Below, in pieces: positions 12,901 through 25,792 of a stretch of DNA of 64,000 nucleotides; within the stretch, counting starts at the first letter, position 1; each line of letters begins with the position of its first letter. The position numbers and the translations under genes are program-made. Below the pieces are notes generated by a model, which saw only the letters and a program-made list of their open reading frames with translations, had not been told where the DNA came from and made no database searches. This DNA comes from Eledone cirrhosa. Taxonomy: Eukaryota. The stretch lies in assembly GCA_964016885.1 (NCBI GenBank), contig OZ024742.1, positions 251,720,001 to 251,784,000 of the forward strand, written 5' to 3'.

Positions 12901-13980
12901 TTTTTTTTTTTTGTCACCACCTCAAACTAACATCAAAGGTGCTTGCAAATGACTATTTTCCCCACACATTATCAATGAATATGACATGGGAATCTATCGT
13001 TTACAATTGGTTTCCATTTCATAACTTCACCAAACCAAACCAAACCACACCATACCAAGTTACACCATACTACATCACACCAAGCTATTGACCTTGGTGT
13101 GAAACATTTTCTTCCCGTTTCCTTTTTTTTTTGTATGTGTGCTTACCACCCAATATGACATTAAAGGTGCTCCCAATTGACTATTTTTTTCCACTTATCA
13201 ATAATTATGACATGGAAAACTGTCGAAAATGACTATCTTTGTAGAAACTTCACCAAACCACACCATACTACATCACACCAAGCTATTGATTTTGGTGTGA
13301 CAAATTCTCATTTGGCATTTTTTTTTTTTTTTTCGTGTGCTACCACCCAATTTGACATAAATGGTGCTCGCAAATTACTATTTTATGCACATATTATCAA
13401 TGGTTATGACATGGAAACCGGATGAAAATGACTAGCTTTGTAGAAAAAAGGGAGGATGTGGGTGGAAATACCATTTACAAAGCTAGTCATTTTTTATTGC
13501 AGCGGAAGTCATATTTTTTGTTAATATGCTAAAAGCATAGTCCACTGCGAGCATCTTGGAAGTTGATAGCACATGCAAAAATGAATGAAAAATTTTTTTT
13601 ATAACATAAATCAAAGTGGAAATTTAAATCCTCACTTATAACAAAGCACACCACAGCACATTAATCTACCCCAATCCACGCCATATACTTCACCATATGG
13701 TAAATTTATTACAGAACAGCTACTCCTACCATTTACATCACACCAATGCTCGCAGTTGACTATTTTTTTCACATATTATGAATGAATATACCTTTGAAAC
13801 CTATCGTCAATGATTAGCTTTGTAGAAAAATGAAGGCAGAAAGTGGGTGGAAAAACCATTCACAAAGCTAGTCATTTTTAATTGCAGTGGAAATCATATT
13901 TGTTGTTAATATGCTAAAAAAATAGTCAATTGCAAGCATTTTGGAGGTCGGATTAGTTGATAGGACATAAAAAAACAAAG
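9960..13980. repeat. Complex tandem satellite, ~0.9-1.3-kb higher-order units
   Basis: Recurring blocks (gactagctttgtagaaaaaagaggg..., gcatagtccactgcgagcatcttggaagttg) at ~11210, 12530 and 13430; subunits derive from the foldback-element arms. Confidence 0.85.
10402..10736 (+). mobile_element. tRNA-derived SINE with RTE-like 3' tail (family B)
   Basis: A-box tggcttagtggttag, B-box gagttcgattc, body ccttgagcaagacacttt, tail gtggacgtaaaa(tga)n shared with the RTE 3' UTR. Confidence 0.88.
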
Positions 13981-14578
13981 GAAAACAAATATTGTCTATA
14001 TGTTCCTGTGGAAAGTCGGGTCTTCTGTATTACTGTGTGACGCCAGAGGTCATGATCGTGTGTCATTGCCCTTGAGAGGTGCAATTGGGAAAGGTCGGCT
14101 TAGAAATATTTACTTCTGCGTTCACAGATTTAATCTGTTATTTTAATAAATATTTGGCTCCCTTGATTGAGTACTCTATTGACTTATATTCATCATGCAG
14201 AAACAACATCTGAATATTTCTCCAAAGAACATACCCGTACCAAGCAGGAAGAAATACCTAAAACTACGTCTCCACGAACCAAAGTATCGCCTTCCTGTCT
14301 TCCTTCGGTTGCAACGTTTTTCGAAATATTTACTTCTGCGTTCACAGATTGATTTTTTTTTTAGTTTCAGAAGATCCCATTAAGGGTGAAAGCAGCCGAT
14401 TATTTGCTTAAAATTTAATCTGTTATTTGAATAAATATTTGCTCTACGGTTCTTATATAATTGATATATATTTATCCCTATCGAGCCCTCTTTGGATTTT
14501 AGTCTTCATATGTATTATTATTACTATATATATATATATAGATATATATATATGTGTGTGTGTATATATTAGTTTATA

Positions 14579-14622
<44 letters not shown>

Positions 14623-14631
14623 CATACATAC

Positions 14632-14973
14632 AAGGTTGTGAGTTCAATTCTCACACCGGGTGATGTGTTGTTTCCTTGAGCAAGACACTTTATTTCACAT
14701 TGCTCCAGTTTACTCAGCTGTAGAAATGAGATGATAGGACTGGGGTCCCTATCATTCCACTGCAAAGTGGTCGTGGAGGTGCCACGGCAAAAAAGCACCC
14801 AGCCCACACTGTAAAGTGGATGTGGAGGTGCCATGGCAAAAAAGCACCCAGCACTCACTGTAAATGAGGTTGGTGTTAGGAAGGGCATCCAGCTGTAGAA
14901 ATCAAGCCAGAATCAGTTCCCGTCCCACCCTTGCAAGCAGGGAAAAAGTGGACGTAAAATGAAATGATGATGA
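14632..14973 (+). mobile_element. 5'-truncated SINE, family B
   Basis: Near-identical to 10443-10736, with an internal duplication. Confidence 0.85.
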
Positions 14974-15339
14974 ATGCTTCCAGCTGTGGTCACTCCATAG
15001 TATCAAACTAACCATGGAGCTTGAAGCTACACCAAGAAGGTTGCCACGGTGAAGGAGATAAACTACTGGGAGAGTCTAAAAGAACTGAAACTTTACTCCT
15101 CAGAATAAAGACGGGAGAGATATGCAATGATATCATTTTCTTCTTGTCTCCCCACCCTTCGGTTCATCCATCCATATATCTGTATAATCGCCCAGAATCC
15201 AATCCTACTTTCTCAATGCTATTCTATAATTCTGTCTGGCTGTTGTAAATAATCTTGTGTATTTTAAAATCCCAGTATATCGCCTGTTACTGTTTATTGC
15301 TTTATTTAAAACCTTCTCCTCGTTAACTACCCCATACCC

Positions 15340-16535
15340 CTCCCACCACCCCCACTCTCCACCACTATTATAAGTCAGCGGCCTATGCTATCACTTCTCC
15401 TGGTTGTTTTTCGATATGATGGATGGACAAAGGAATTTCTGGAGAGTCTGAAGAATCTGGACACTCGGAGACAATGCCAAAGATAATGACAAATTCACCT
15501 CATGCTGCCGGACGAAAGGGCAAGGACTCCTCCTCTTTGTTTCGGCCGCGGAAGGCCAACATAACCTCAACCCCCTCCCCCTCCCCGCGCCCCACCCACC
15601 AAATACAATCCAAAACTTCAGAGTTGGTACCATGAATGTAGGCACTTTAAAAGGCCGCTCTAACGAGGTTGTAGAAATGCTTGAACGTAAGGAGGTTGAT
15701 GTTTGCTGTATCCAAGAGACCAGGTGGAGGGGCAGGTCTGCTAGATTCATTGTGGGTAAAAAACGATGCTATAAGCTTTTCTGGGTGGGAAATGACAATG
15801 GGCTGGGTGGGGTAGGAATCATGTTAGCAGAAAAATGGGTGGATAAGATAATACATGTAAATAGAGTAAATGACAGAATAATTAAAATAAGACTTGTTCT
15901 AAATAGAACTACTGTGATAGTAATATCTGCATATGCACCCCAATCCGAACTGCCTGGCGCTATGAAAGACAGATTCTATGAGACACTGATGCTCACTACC
16001 TCCCAAATAACTGACAGTGACTATATAATTATTGCTGGCGACCTAAATGGTCACGTTGGACAACATTGTGACGGCTATGACGGAATCCATGGAGGCTATG
16101 GGTTTGGTACTAGAAATGAGGAAGGCTCCAGAATCCTGGAATTCTGTGATGCAAATAACCTAACTATCTGTAACACTAACTTCAAAAAACGAGACAATCA
16201 CTTGATCACCTACAGATCAGGGGAACATACCAGCCAGGTAGATTATATCCTTACCAGAAGACGTGACAGAGTGTCTGTTGTAAACACTAAATCCCTCCCC
16301 ATGAAGAATGCACCTCCCAACATAGACTGATAATTAGCGACCTCATAGTCAGGACGAGACGTACTCGACAACAGAAGAGGACTATCCTCAGGAGAAAAAT
16401 ATGGAAGCTAAAGGACCCCACACCCAGTAATAAATTTAAAAGCATATTACTTGATGCTTTCGACAGTAAGAATGAGCAATTAGAGTCGTACAATATAGAG
16501 GAACAGTGGGAATTCCTGAAAGCAAACCTGCTTTC
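15340..16535 (+). mobile_element. RTE-clade LINE, 5' fragment with APE endonuclease
   Basis: ORF 15632-16330: NVGTL...CIQETRW...SAYAPQ...GDLNGHVG...SQVDYIL. Confidence 0.9.
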
Positions 16536-16536
16536 A

Positions 16537-16915
16537 GGAAATTTGCTGAAATGATGTGAATAGGCATCATATCTTGTCGTTTACCTATGGTTTAAATTGC
16601 ATATAAATCGAAGGGAATACATTTTCAGCAGGGGTTTGTGCCACCGGTGAACCCGAATAGGGGGTTTAACCCCCATTAGGGTATTTTAATTTTATTAAAA
16701 TTTGCTGAAATTTTGTGAATAGGCATCATATCTTGTCATTTACCTATGGTTTAAATTTTATATAAATCGAAGGTAAAGTTTCAGCGGCGGTTCTGTGCCC
16801 CCATGAACCCTTTGATTAAAATGAAATATACTTATACAAGTACCCTGGGCAATGTAGTTTCAGAATATATATGGTTATGGGGGTCTATCTCCAAAACCAT
16901 AGGAGGAGTTCGTAA
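16537..16915 (-). mobile_element. Non-autonomous Helitron fragment
   Basis: Highly similar to 48245-48605, including the internal tandem duplication. Confidence 0.65.
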
Positions 16916-16978
16916 AATCTTGTTCCATTTATTGGCCAAACTTTTCACTATAGGGTGTCTTAATATTATTGAAATTTG

Positions 16979-17016
<38 letters not shown>

Positions 17017-17021
17017 CACAA

Positions 17022-17056
<35 letters not shown>

Positions 17057-17061
17057 CACAA

Positions 17062-17094
<33 letters not shown>

Positions 17095-17099
17095 CACAA

Positions 17100-17134
<35 letters not shown>

Positions 17135-17379
17135 CACAAACACACACACACACAAACACACACATATATATATATATATATACACACACATATTTATATC
17201 TTTTAGCAGAGCATTTTAATATTGCCACTCAATGAAAACCCTATGTTTGTTTGGAATAAATGAATCTTGAAAATTAGGAGTGCCTGTCAGTGTGTATGTG
17301 TTTGTCTACTTAGCATCAATTTACTACCCTCCCCTACCACCAGAAAATGTATAAATACCACCATATTACATTGACAGTC

Positions 17380-17431
17380 GGCTTTTCTGATGATTTCCTC
17401 CGAATGAAACAGTTCTAGTCCTGTTGAAGCC
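17380..17431 (+). ncRNA. Type I hammerhead ribozyme (solitary)
   Basis: ggctttt-CTGATGA-t ttc ctcc gaa t-GAAA-cag ttctagtc ctg-TT-gaagcc; GUU triplet; stem I has one bulge. Confidence 0.7.
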
Positions 17432-17514
17432 ATTTCTATATTAAATATATATATATACTCTTTTAGCTGTTCCAGCCATCCGGCTGATACCATGACTGGG
17501 CACTGCCCTTGTTG

Positions 17515-18110
17515 CTACACATTCTATCTCCAGCCTGTGTTGGCTGGCCATTGATGTAAGAGGGAGTTCGTTGCTGCTGCCCTTAGGTTACCTTCGTACC
17601 ATGATGTGGGCTCATCCGGGATCCTGGATAACAGGGTGTCGAGAAGTTTCTTGAAAATATCCACGGCCACACCATGTAGATCTCTCAAATCCCTCGGCAG
17701 TTTGTTGAAGAGTTGAGGGCCTTTGAACCCCAGTCTATTGCAATATCTGCTTCTTGTTCTAGATGTGGAAGATGGGACCTTTGTCACCACACAGTGACGT
17801 CCTATTCGGGGGTTGGTCCCGCTCTCAATACCAAAGTTTGGCGCTAGTCCCTCCAGGATTTTCCATATGTATATCACTGTGTATCTCTCCCGTCTTCGTT
17901 CCAAGGAGTAGAGTTTCAGTTCTTTTAGCCTCTCCCAGTAGCTCATCTCCTTCATCGTGCAATCCTCTTGGTGTAGCTTCGTTGGATTGTCTCAAGTTCC
18001 GTGGTTAGTTTGATACTATGGGGTGACCACAGCTGGGAGCAATAGTCCAGGCGGCTTAGGACAAATGGCCTTCATAGTATCAATATGGTCTCCCGGTCTC
18101 TTATATAGAA
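17515..18110 (-). mobile_element. CR1/L2-group LINE, 3' fragment
   Basis: SYWERLKELKLYSLERRRERY...GPQLFNKLP, preceded by an LDYCSQLWSP-like segment. Confidence 0.85.
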
Positions 18111-18905
18111 AACCTCAAATAAAAAGTCAAGATTTGTTTTGATTTAACAGAGCAGAAAGAATTCGCGTCAGAATATTCCAACCAATCCAGCCTATATCAG
18201 CTGAATAAATATGTATATGGAGATATATATATACACACCCACATGCACATATATATATATATATATATACACGCACGCACACACACATATATATATATAC
18301 ACACACACATACATACACGCATGCATGCATACATGATGGCTGCCCCCTCGTTATCGAGTATGACCATTGCACGATATACCATTATTAATAATTATTAATT
18401 AATCTATCGTGCAATGCCTGTGCATGAAGATATTTTTTTAAATGAGGAAAGCCTGTGCACTGAGCCAATCCCACTCTCTGGTTTTATATCGGCGTTATCC
18501 CAGTTTCCTGAGTTGCCTTCTCCTAGAAGAATGCCCTGACAAAGGCTAGGGGTCCTTCACTCCTAGTGGTTTAACTGCGCAATCGGGTGTCCAGCCCGAT
18601 TATTTCTATGTCCCCACACATGTACATACACATGCACCCATGTATATACACATATACATATACATACATATGTACATGTGTAAATACATATTTACACACT
18701 TTTGGATGGCCGTTGACTCTTATGAGATCTTCCGCCCTTTGTCAGGTTTTGTTTTTTGTCTTGCAGGGTGTCCAAAATCACCCACCTCACCAAGTAAACT
18801 TGGTGGGGTTGCCAGTTTAGTCGCCGAAGACCCGACCATGCGACAGGTTGTACTGGGTTACATGTTACCAATAGCACTCAAGAGTGACCCGACATACATA
18901 CATAC

Positions 18906-18936
<31 letters not shown>

Positions 18937-18961
18937 CATACATACATACATACATACATAC

Positions 18962-21445
18962 TACTTGATGGCCGCAAAATCGTGTTCAAGTATTGCCATC
19001 GCCCGATAAAATGTTCAAAAATGTGGAGCACAAATGTGACTCTTTAAACCAGCCAAATACTTGCACCCTCTGGCACACACATGGCAACTTTAGGCTCCCC
19101 TGAAACCTTCCATTGCTTTGTTCTGGCTGTATGTTCACATGTATCTTTTAAGACCTCCCATGCTTGTACATTTCTTACACCTTTTCAGATCATAATCTAC
19201 AGGAGGTCTACTGATATGACTTTGTTCATGTCTAATCAAACCAACTTTGCTCAGGCTGACTCGACCACAGTGCTGGCAAACCAGATGATGTTCAACAGCA
19301 GGCAATTCAGAACAGTCTCAATCCTCACCTTCCTTTTCAGTGTTAGGTGTTCTCTCCGACGAGTTTCAAAGTGTTCACCACCTGACTTGATCAAACGTCT
19401 CCACTTCACACGCTCGTCAGCCATTTTCTCCCATTCGTCAGATGAAATTCCAGCACAAGCCAAGGTGCCCCTGATACAGTCCTGGTACCGCCTTTTGGGT
19501 TTATGTGGTGGTCGCCTTCCTTCACACAGTTCTCCATAGAGAAGTTGCTTTGGAATACGATCATCAGACATCCGGACCACGTGACTGCATCACCTCAACC
19601 GATACCGAAAGATTATGCTCTCTATAGTCACGCACCTGATCCGTTCTAGAACTTCCAAATCACTGGCGAACATTTTCCACCACACCCCAAGTAACTTATG
19701 AAGAGATTGTTGGTGAAATCTCTCCAGATCCTTGAGGTGCTTTCTGTATGTGACCCACGTTTCACAAACATAAAGTAAAGAGGAGACGACACAAGTCAGA
19801 TACACTTTCACCTTGGTTTCGATAGTGATACCTCGTCTGGACCATAAACATTGATGCAGCCGACCAAAAGCATCACTGGCTTTCTTGATTCTTAAGGATA
19901 TTTCATTATCATGTGTGCATGAAGTGTGCAACGTACTACCAAGGTAAACAAGCTTGTCAGCAACTTTTAGCCTCTTTCCGTACACGTACACACTTGGTGC
20001 AGTGTACTCGTTTCCAGGTACTGGCTGATACATCTCAACAGTCTTTTCCAAGCTTATTGTGACGCCCAAAGTGCTGCACTCTGCAGAAAAAGAGTTCATA
20101 ATATGCTGCATGTCACTTTGTGAGTGTGAAAAAAGATCGCAGTCGTCTGCATACAAAAACTCTCGGATTATAGATGTTAATACCTTTGTGCTTATACCAA
20201 AGCGCCTGGTGTTGAACAACCTTCCTGAAGTGCGATACCTGATGTAAACCCCATGAGAACAATATTTGAATGCCATGAGAAACACTATCGTAAAATATAA
20301 GGAAAACAGAGTTGGAGCCGGAATGTCCCCCTGCTTCACTCCATTTTCAACTAATATTGGTTCAGAGATGCTACCACCAATACTGACCAAAGCCTTCATG
20401 TCATCATGGAAAATATGCAGAATCTTCTACCCTACCTTGGATTTTTTTCCCACAGCGCAGTTTGCTTGACAGTGTCAAAGGCCTTTGTCAAGTCAACAAA
20501 GACCTGGTAAAGGTCCATACATTGTTCGATACACTTTTCTTGCAGCTTCCGAGCAGAAACGATCATATCCACTGTTCCTCTTTTGTGTCTGAACCCACAC
20601 TGCGACTCAGGCAACACATTCAGAGCAACTCTTGGGATCAATCTATCCATCAATACGACACGACTTTACCAACTACTGAAAGAAGGGATATGACATGATA
20701 ATTGCCACATTTGTCCTTGCCGTCCTTTCCTTTATGGAGAATCACCATGAGCGCATCCTTCTTGTGGGACATTCTTATCTTCCCGCACCATTTTCATGAG
20801 GTCAGTCAGGCGCTGCGTGAAGTTTTCACCACCACACTTCAAAACCGCTCCACTCAGACCATCCATACCAGGAGACTTACCACAGTTCAGCTTATGCACA
20901 ACAGAAGTCCCCTCTGCAAGAGAAGATACATTAGCCATCTCATATGCTTCACTGGTTCAATAGGAATGGAACAAATGAAATCATCATCAACCTGGGATGG
21001 CTGGTTTAAGAGCTCATCAAAGTGATCTCTCTATCTGTCGAGTGTCTTTTGGGTCGCACAGTAATTGCTTGCCATCTTTCGATCTCAAAGGGGCCACTGG
21101 AGAGCTGAAAGGGCCATACACCTCTGTGAGTAGAAAGTGCGGCAGTTTCACATTGTTGCCGTCAGATGCCACTTGAACTTCATCTGCTTTGTTGCTCCAC
21201 CAGGCATTTTGCATAGCCCTGAGTTTCACCTGCACTTCCTTCTTTACCTGTCTGTAACGCTTATAATTGTTACCAACAGAGCTACCACCTTTAAGAACTG
21301 CATCAAGTGCCTTTTGTTTTCTGTCTAGCAGAGCCTTGACCTCCTGGTCATTCTCATCAAACCAGTCCTTGTTTTCTTGTGACAAAGCCAAGGACCTCTG
21401 CTGAAGCCTCATAGACCGAGCTCCTGAAGTCCTTCCAGTTGTTCT
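18962..21445 (-). mobile_element. RTE (BovB-like) LINE, degenerate ORF2 with (TATG)n tail
   Basis: LPESQCGFR, FVDLTKAFDTV, GVKQG, LYADDC, RIPKQLLYGEL motifs; frameshifted. Confidence 0.9.
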
Positions 21446-22149
21446 CATACACGCATACATACTTACATATATTCATGTATACATACATGCATCCATCCAT
21501 CCATCCATACATACATGTATACACACATACATACATACATCCATCCACCCATATGTGTATACATACATACAATGGTTAAAGTGTTTGACTGACGACCAGA
21601 AGTTCATGGGTTCATATTTGGGACCGGGTAGTTATTGAATCAACCTGATATCAATGTTTATTATACAGCACACTTCCTCTTTGGTATAATATGACACATA
21701 GTAATATCTAACATAGTACCCATCTAATCTGTTATAATATGATTTACCTTTCCTCTGTGAAGGCACATGCCTTAGGGGTTACGGTACTGGACTAACCATT
21801 ATAAAGTCATGGGCTCGTTTCTTCGATCCAGGACTTGCGGCAGACAGGTAATATCAGTAATGGAAAAAACCTTGTTTCATTAGTATGACTTGGAAATCAG
21901 TTCCACTCTATTTATCTTCTTTATTAAAGGCAATCAAATTATTTTTTATTTTATTCTTTTTCTTATTTTTCCATGTTTGTTAAATAAATTCCAAAAAATC
22001 GAACTAAATTGAAATTTTGTAATAAAATGTCCATAAAAGTTAATGTTTACAATACAATAAAATGTAATAAAATGTATTGAAGTCGACGAAATGTGGACCT
22101 TTATTTTTGAAAGATGGATAATGCTATAAGCAGACCTTACAATATTGTA

Positions 22150-22378
22150 CCACAATTTTCCTTTGTGCAAAAGTGGACAGCCGAATTTAGGAAAGGATAG
22201 GGGATTCTTGAAGATGACCCAATGTCTGGACGTCCTACAACTGCCACTACCGAGAAAAACATTGATCTCAGTACTGCAACACCGATGGAAGAAGTGTGTG
22301 GAACGCAAGGGAGACTATGTTGAAAAATAAACCTCATTTGGTCACATTCCATGAGAGTATCTTTGTCAACCCTCGTAT
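22150..22378 (+). mobile_element. Internally deleted mariner (Tc1/mariner) remnant
   Basis: HTH-like VQKWTAEF...LEDDPMSGRPTTATTEKNID joined to C-terminal LQHRWKKCVERKGDYVEK*; ends in cctcgta (TIR plus TA). Confidence 0.8.
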
Positions 22379-22411
22379 CTATGCGCAATATACGTAAAGA
22401 TACAGAATTGC

Positions 22412-23543
22412 GGGCACCACAACGCTATTAGCTGTCATATTTGTTGGTGAAAAAAATTTGATTATAAAACTTAAATTTATGAATGACTTGTTTTCTACAT
22501 TGATAACCATGACTTGTTTTCTAATTAACTTAAATTTGTTTTCTAATTTGGCCCTTTTAAGGACCACCTATATTTTCATTTAAGTAACTCCACTTACATC
22601 GATATGCTTTATAACCATGACTTGTTTTCTAATTTGGCCCTTTTATGTCTTCCTCTTTTTCTCCCTTCCCTCTCTCTCTCTTCCCTCTCTCTCTCTTCCC
22701 TATCTCTCCTCTTCCCTCTCTCTCTCAAAAAAAACGCGTGAAAACTCCACTTACGCGTGGTAGTAATACGGAAATAAACGATGTTGACGAGTGACGTCAC
22801 CTTCGCCTGTTTTCCACTGGACTGACAGCTAATAGCGTTGTAGTGCCATAATTTTAATTCAGTTAATTCAGGGCCAAATTGTTAATGGAATTAACCATCA
22901 CGATCTTTCCATCGCTACCGTTATTACAGCAGATACCATCAATCTCCACGGGGACTCTCTCTTGTCTCCATGTGGGCTGTATCCATGCTTTTGAATAAGG
23001 TTGGTGAAAAAAATTTGTTTTCTTAACATTTCTTCATAAAGGGTTGGTGAAAAAAATTTGATAACCATAAATTTGTTTTCTAATTTGGCCCTTTTAAGGG
23101 CCACCTAAATTTTCATTTAAGTTAACTCCACTGTTGGTGAAAATGACTTGTTTTCTACATTAATAACCATGACTATGAAAATATAGTTCATGGTATTAGC
23201 TGTCAGAAGTAATTCCACTTTTGGTGAAAATGCCTTGTTTTCTCTATTGATAACCATGACTGAAAATATAAATGATTAAATCCAATTTATTTGATAACCA
23301 TGACTTGTTTTCTAATTAACTTAAATTTGTTTTCTAATTTGGCCCTTTTAAGGGCCATCTATATTTTCATTTAAGTAACTCCACTTACATCGATATGCTT
23401 TAATAAAAAAAATAAAAAACGCGTGAAAACTCCACTTACGCGTGGTGGTAGTAATACGGAAATAAACGATGACGAATGACGTCACCTTCGCCTGCTTTCA
23501 TCGGCTGCTTTCACGACTGACAGCTAATAGCGTTGTAGTGCCC
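22412..23543. mobile_element. MITE-like element with 26-bp TIRs and internal duplication
   Basis: gggcaccacaacgctattagctgtca (22412-22437) vs tgacagctaatagcgttgtagtgccc (23518-23543); extra right end at 22823-22847. Confidence 0.75.
23087..23102 (+). other. Histone mRNA 3'-type stem-loop (GGCCCT-TTTA-AGGGCC-ACC); copies at 23341-23356 and 22550-22565
   Basis: Fits the 6-bp stem / 4-nt loop histone consensus; no histone ORF upstream. Confidence 0.5.
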
Positions 23544-23835
23544 TGATTTTTTCTCATGTAATTTGTATTACACGTCGGTAAAGTAATTATGTTTCGTAAT
23601 ATTTTATTAAACAAATGCAGTTTGCATTTATAATGGAAGTTTCATCCTGGCAAACAAAACATACTTAACATTTCATGTATAAGTAAAAAAATAAACTTCA
23701 GTTCAAAAGCACGTCTATTACGAAAGTCCATGCTAAAAGGTATTTTATTTGTTCTGGAAAGTTATTTATATTCTACGTTGCACCTTATCGCCGGTTTCTT
23801 TTAAGATAACTTGTGTATACGTACACATACATGCA

Positions 23836-23879
<44 letters not shown>

Positions 23880-23926
23880 TAAACAAATAATGAACAAACA
23901 ATTCCTTATATTAAACAAAAAAAGTT

Positions 23927-24077
23927 CACTATTTAACGATCGTTTCTAGGGTATACATGTGTTATAATTGGTATGCATATTTAACAGATCTATGTACAAA
24001 ATTATACAAAATTATACAAATTATCAAGATTAAATATACATACCTAACTCATATATACGCCGTCTTCAGAAATAATG
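23927..24077 (-). ncRNA. Type I hammerhead ribozyme with very long stem II
   Basis: cattattt-CTGAAGA-[~115-nt stem II incl. ggtatgtatatttaa/ttaaatatgcatacc]-GAAA-cgatcg-TT-aaatagtg; 8-bp stem I; palindromic CGATCG. Confidence 0.75.
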
Positions 24078-24189
24078 TATATATATATATATAGAAGTTC
24101 TATTTAAATTGTTGGGATACAACAAGCAAATATTTTTATAACTGATATAAAGCACTAAAAAAAAAAAATTGTCTCGTTTTTTTTTGGTT

Positions 24190-24810
24190 TTTTTTCTGTG
24201 TATCATCTATTCTGACGGGGTGGAGTGACCCAGCCCCCCCCCCTACGACTTGTTTTTTTCGCGTGTTATCAACGAGTAAGACCTCCAAACCAATCGAAAA
24301 CAACTAGATTTGTAGAAAAAATAGCGAGAAAGGGTACGAAAAGACCATCAGAGTTTCGCGGATTTACACACTTGCGTTTGGTGGGAGATAGTTATCTTAC
24401 CTTGTTTTCGTTTTTTGTTTTTTTTATCTGGATCTCTTAGATGCTTGCAATTGACTTTTTTCACGGAAAATGGAAATCCTAATCCTAAGCTTAACCCTAA
24501 ACCTAACCCCAATCCTAATCCGGGGAAAAAAATCGATTGCAAGCATCTAAGAGGTTCAGAAAAAACAAGGAAATTATTTCCCACCAAACGCGAGAGGCGA
24601 AACTCCGATGATCTTTTCCACCCTTTCTCCCCAACTTTTGTTTTCTACAAATCTAGTCGTTTCCGACTGGTTTGGAGGTCATGTTCATTAATAACATGCA
24701 AAAGAAGAAAAAAGAATGTAAGAAAAACACCCCTACCCCTCCGTTCTCGGGAAAAACTTAATTGATAGAATCTTAGATGTTAGATAACTTGATAGCACAC
24801 GAAAAAAGTT
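24190..24810. mobile_element. Foldback MITE-like element with a short telomere-like loop (same family as 1955-3055)
   Basis: Nested IRs gacctccaaacca / tggtttggaggtc and cttagatgcttgcaattga / tcgattgcaagcatctaag around cctaatcctaagcttaaccctaaacctaacc. Confidence 0.75.
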
Positions 24811-24819
24811 TTTTAATAA

Positions 24820-24950
24820 TAATTGTTTCTATTTTAGGCACAAGGCCAGCAATTACCCAGTACATTACTGGTACTTTATTTTATCGACCCCGAAAATATG
24901 AAAGGCAAAGTTAACCTCGGCGGGATTTGAACTCAGATCATAAAGGGAAT
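24820..24950 (-). mobile_element. Truncated SINE, family A
   Basis: Matches 3862-3990. Confidence 0.8.
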
Positions 24951-24954
24951 AATA

Positions 24955-25003
<49 letters not shown>

Positions 25004-25125
25004 GACAAACATAGAATATTCGAAAATATTCTGTATGTTTATAATAAACATTTTGAAGACCTAATCGCTATAGAATAGAATACGTCACGTATTACAATTT
25101 GAGATTCTCGATAAAAGCAAGGGAA

Positions 25126-25168
25126 GTAACCTACGCGTTTCATTCTTATTAGAAATCATCAGGATTAC
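25126..25168 (-). ncRNA. Minimal type I hammerhead ribozyme, copy 1
   Basis: gtaatc-CTGATGA-t ttct aata agaa t-GAAA-cgcg-TA-ggttac. Confidence 0.88.
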
Positions 25169-25437
25169 ATATCCAGTGCTTTTATCGAGAATGACACAGC
25201 TAGAGACTTATAGAATACTTAGCTGTGTACAGGAACTGGTTTGAAAGAGCGGTTGCCGGTCCGGCAGAAATTAGAATTTGGATTTAATGCTCTGAAATAG
25301 CGATATATATGTGAAGACAAACATAGAATATTCGAAAATATTCTGTATGTTTATAATAAACATTTTGAAGACCTAATCGCTATAGAATAGAATGCGTCAC
25401 GTATTACAATTTGAGATTCTCGATAAAAGCAAGGGAA

Positions 25438-25480
25438 GTAACCTACGCGTTTCATTCTTATTAGAAATCATCAGGATTAC
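25438..25480 (-). ncRNA. Minimal type I hammerhead ribozyme, copy 2
   Basis: Identical to copy 1. Confidence 0.88.
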
Positions 25481-25749
25481 ATATCCAGTGCTTTTATCGA
25501 GAATGACACAGCTAGAGACTTATAGAATACTTAGCTGTGTACAGGAACTGGTTTGAAAGAGCGGTTGCCGGTCCGGCAGAAATTAGAATTTGGATTTAAT
25601 GCTCTGAAATAGCGATATATATGTGAAGACAAACATAGAATATTCGAAAATATTCTGTATGTTTATAATAAACATTTTGAAGACCTAATCGCTATAGAAT
25701 AGAATACGTCACGTATTACAATTTGAGATTCTCGATAAAAGCAAGGGAA

Positions 25750-25792
25750 GTAACCTACGCGTTTCATTCTTATTAGAAATCATCAGGATTAC
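25750..25792 (-). ncRNA. Minimal type I hammerhead ribozyme, copy 3
   Basis: Identical to copy 1. Confidence 0.88.

Noticed and set aside
22880-23000. Histone H2A pseudogene
   Set aside because: Only ~6 residues of resemblance, too weak to call
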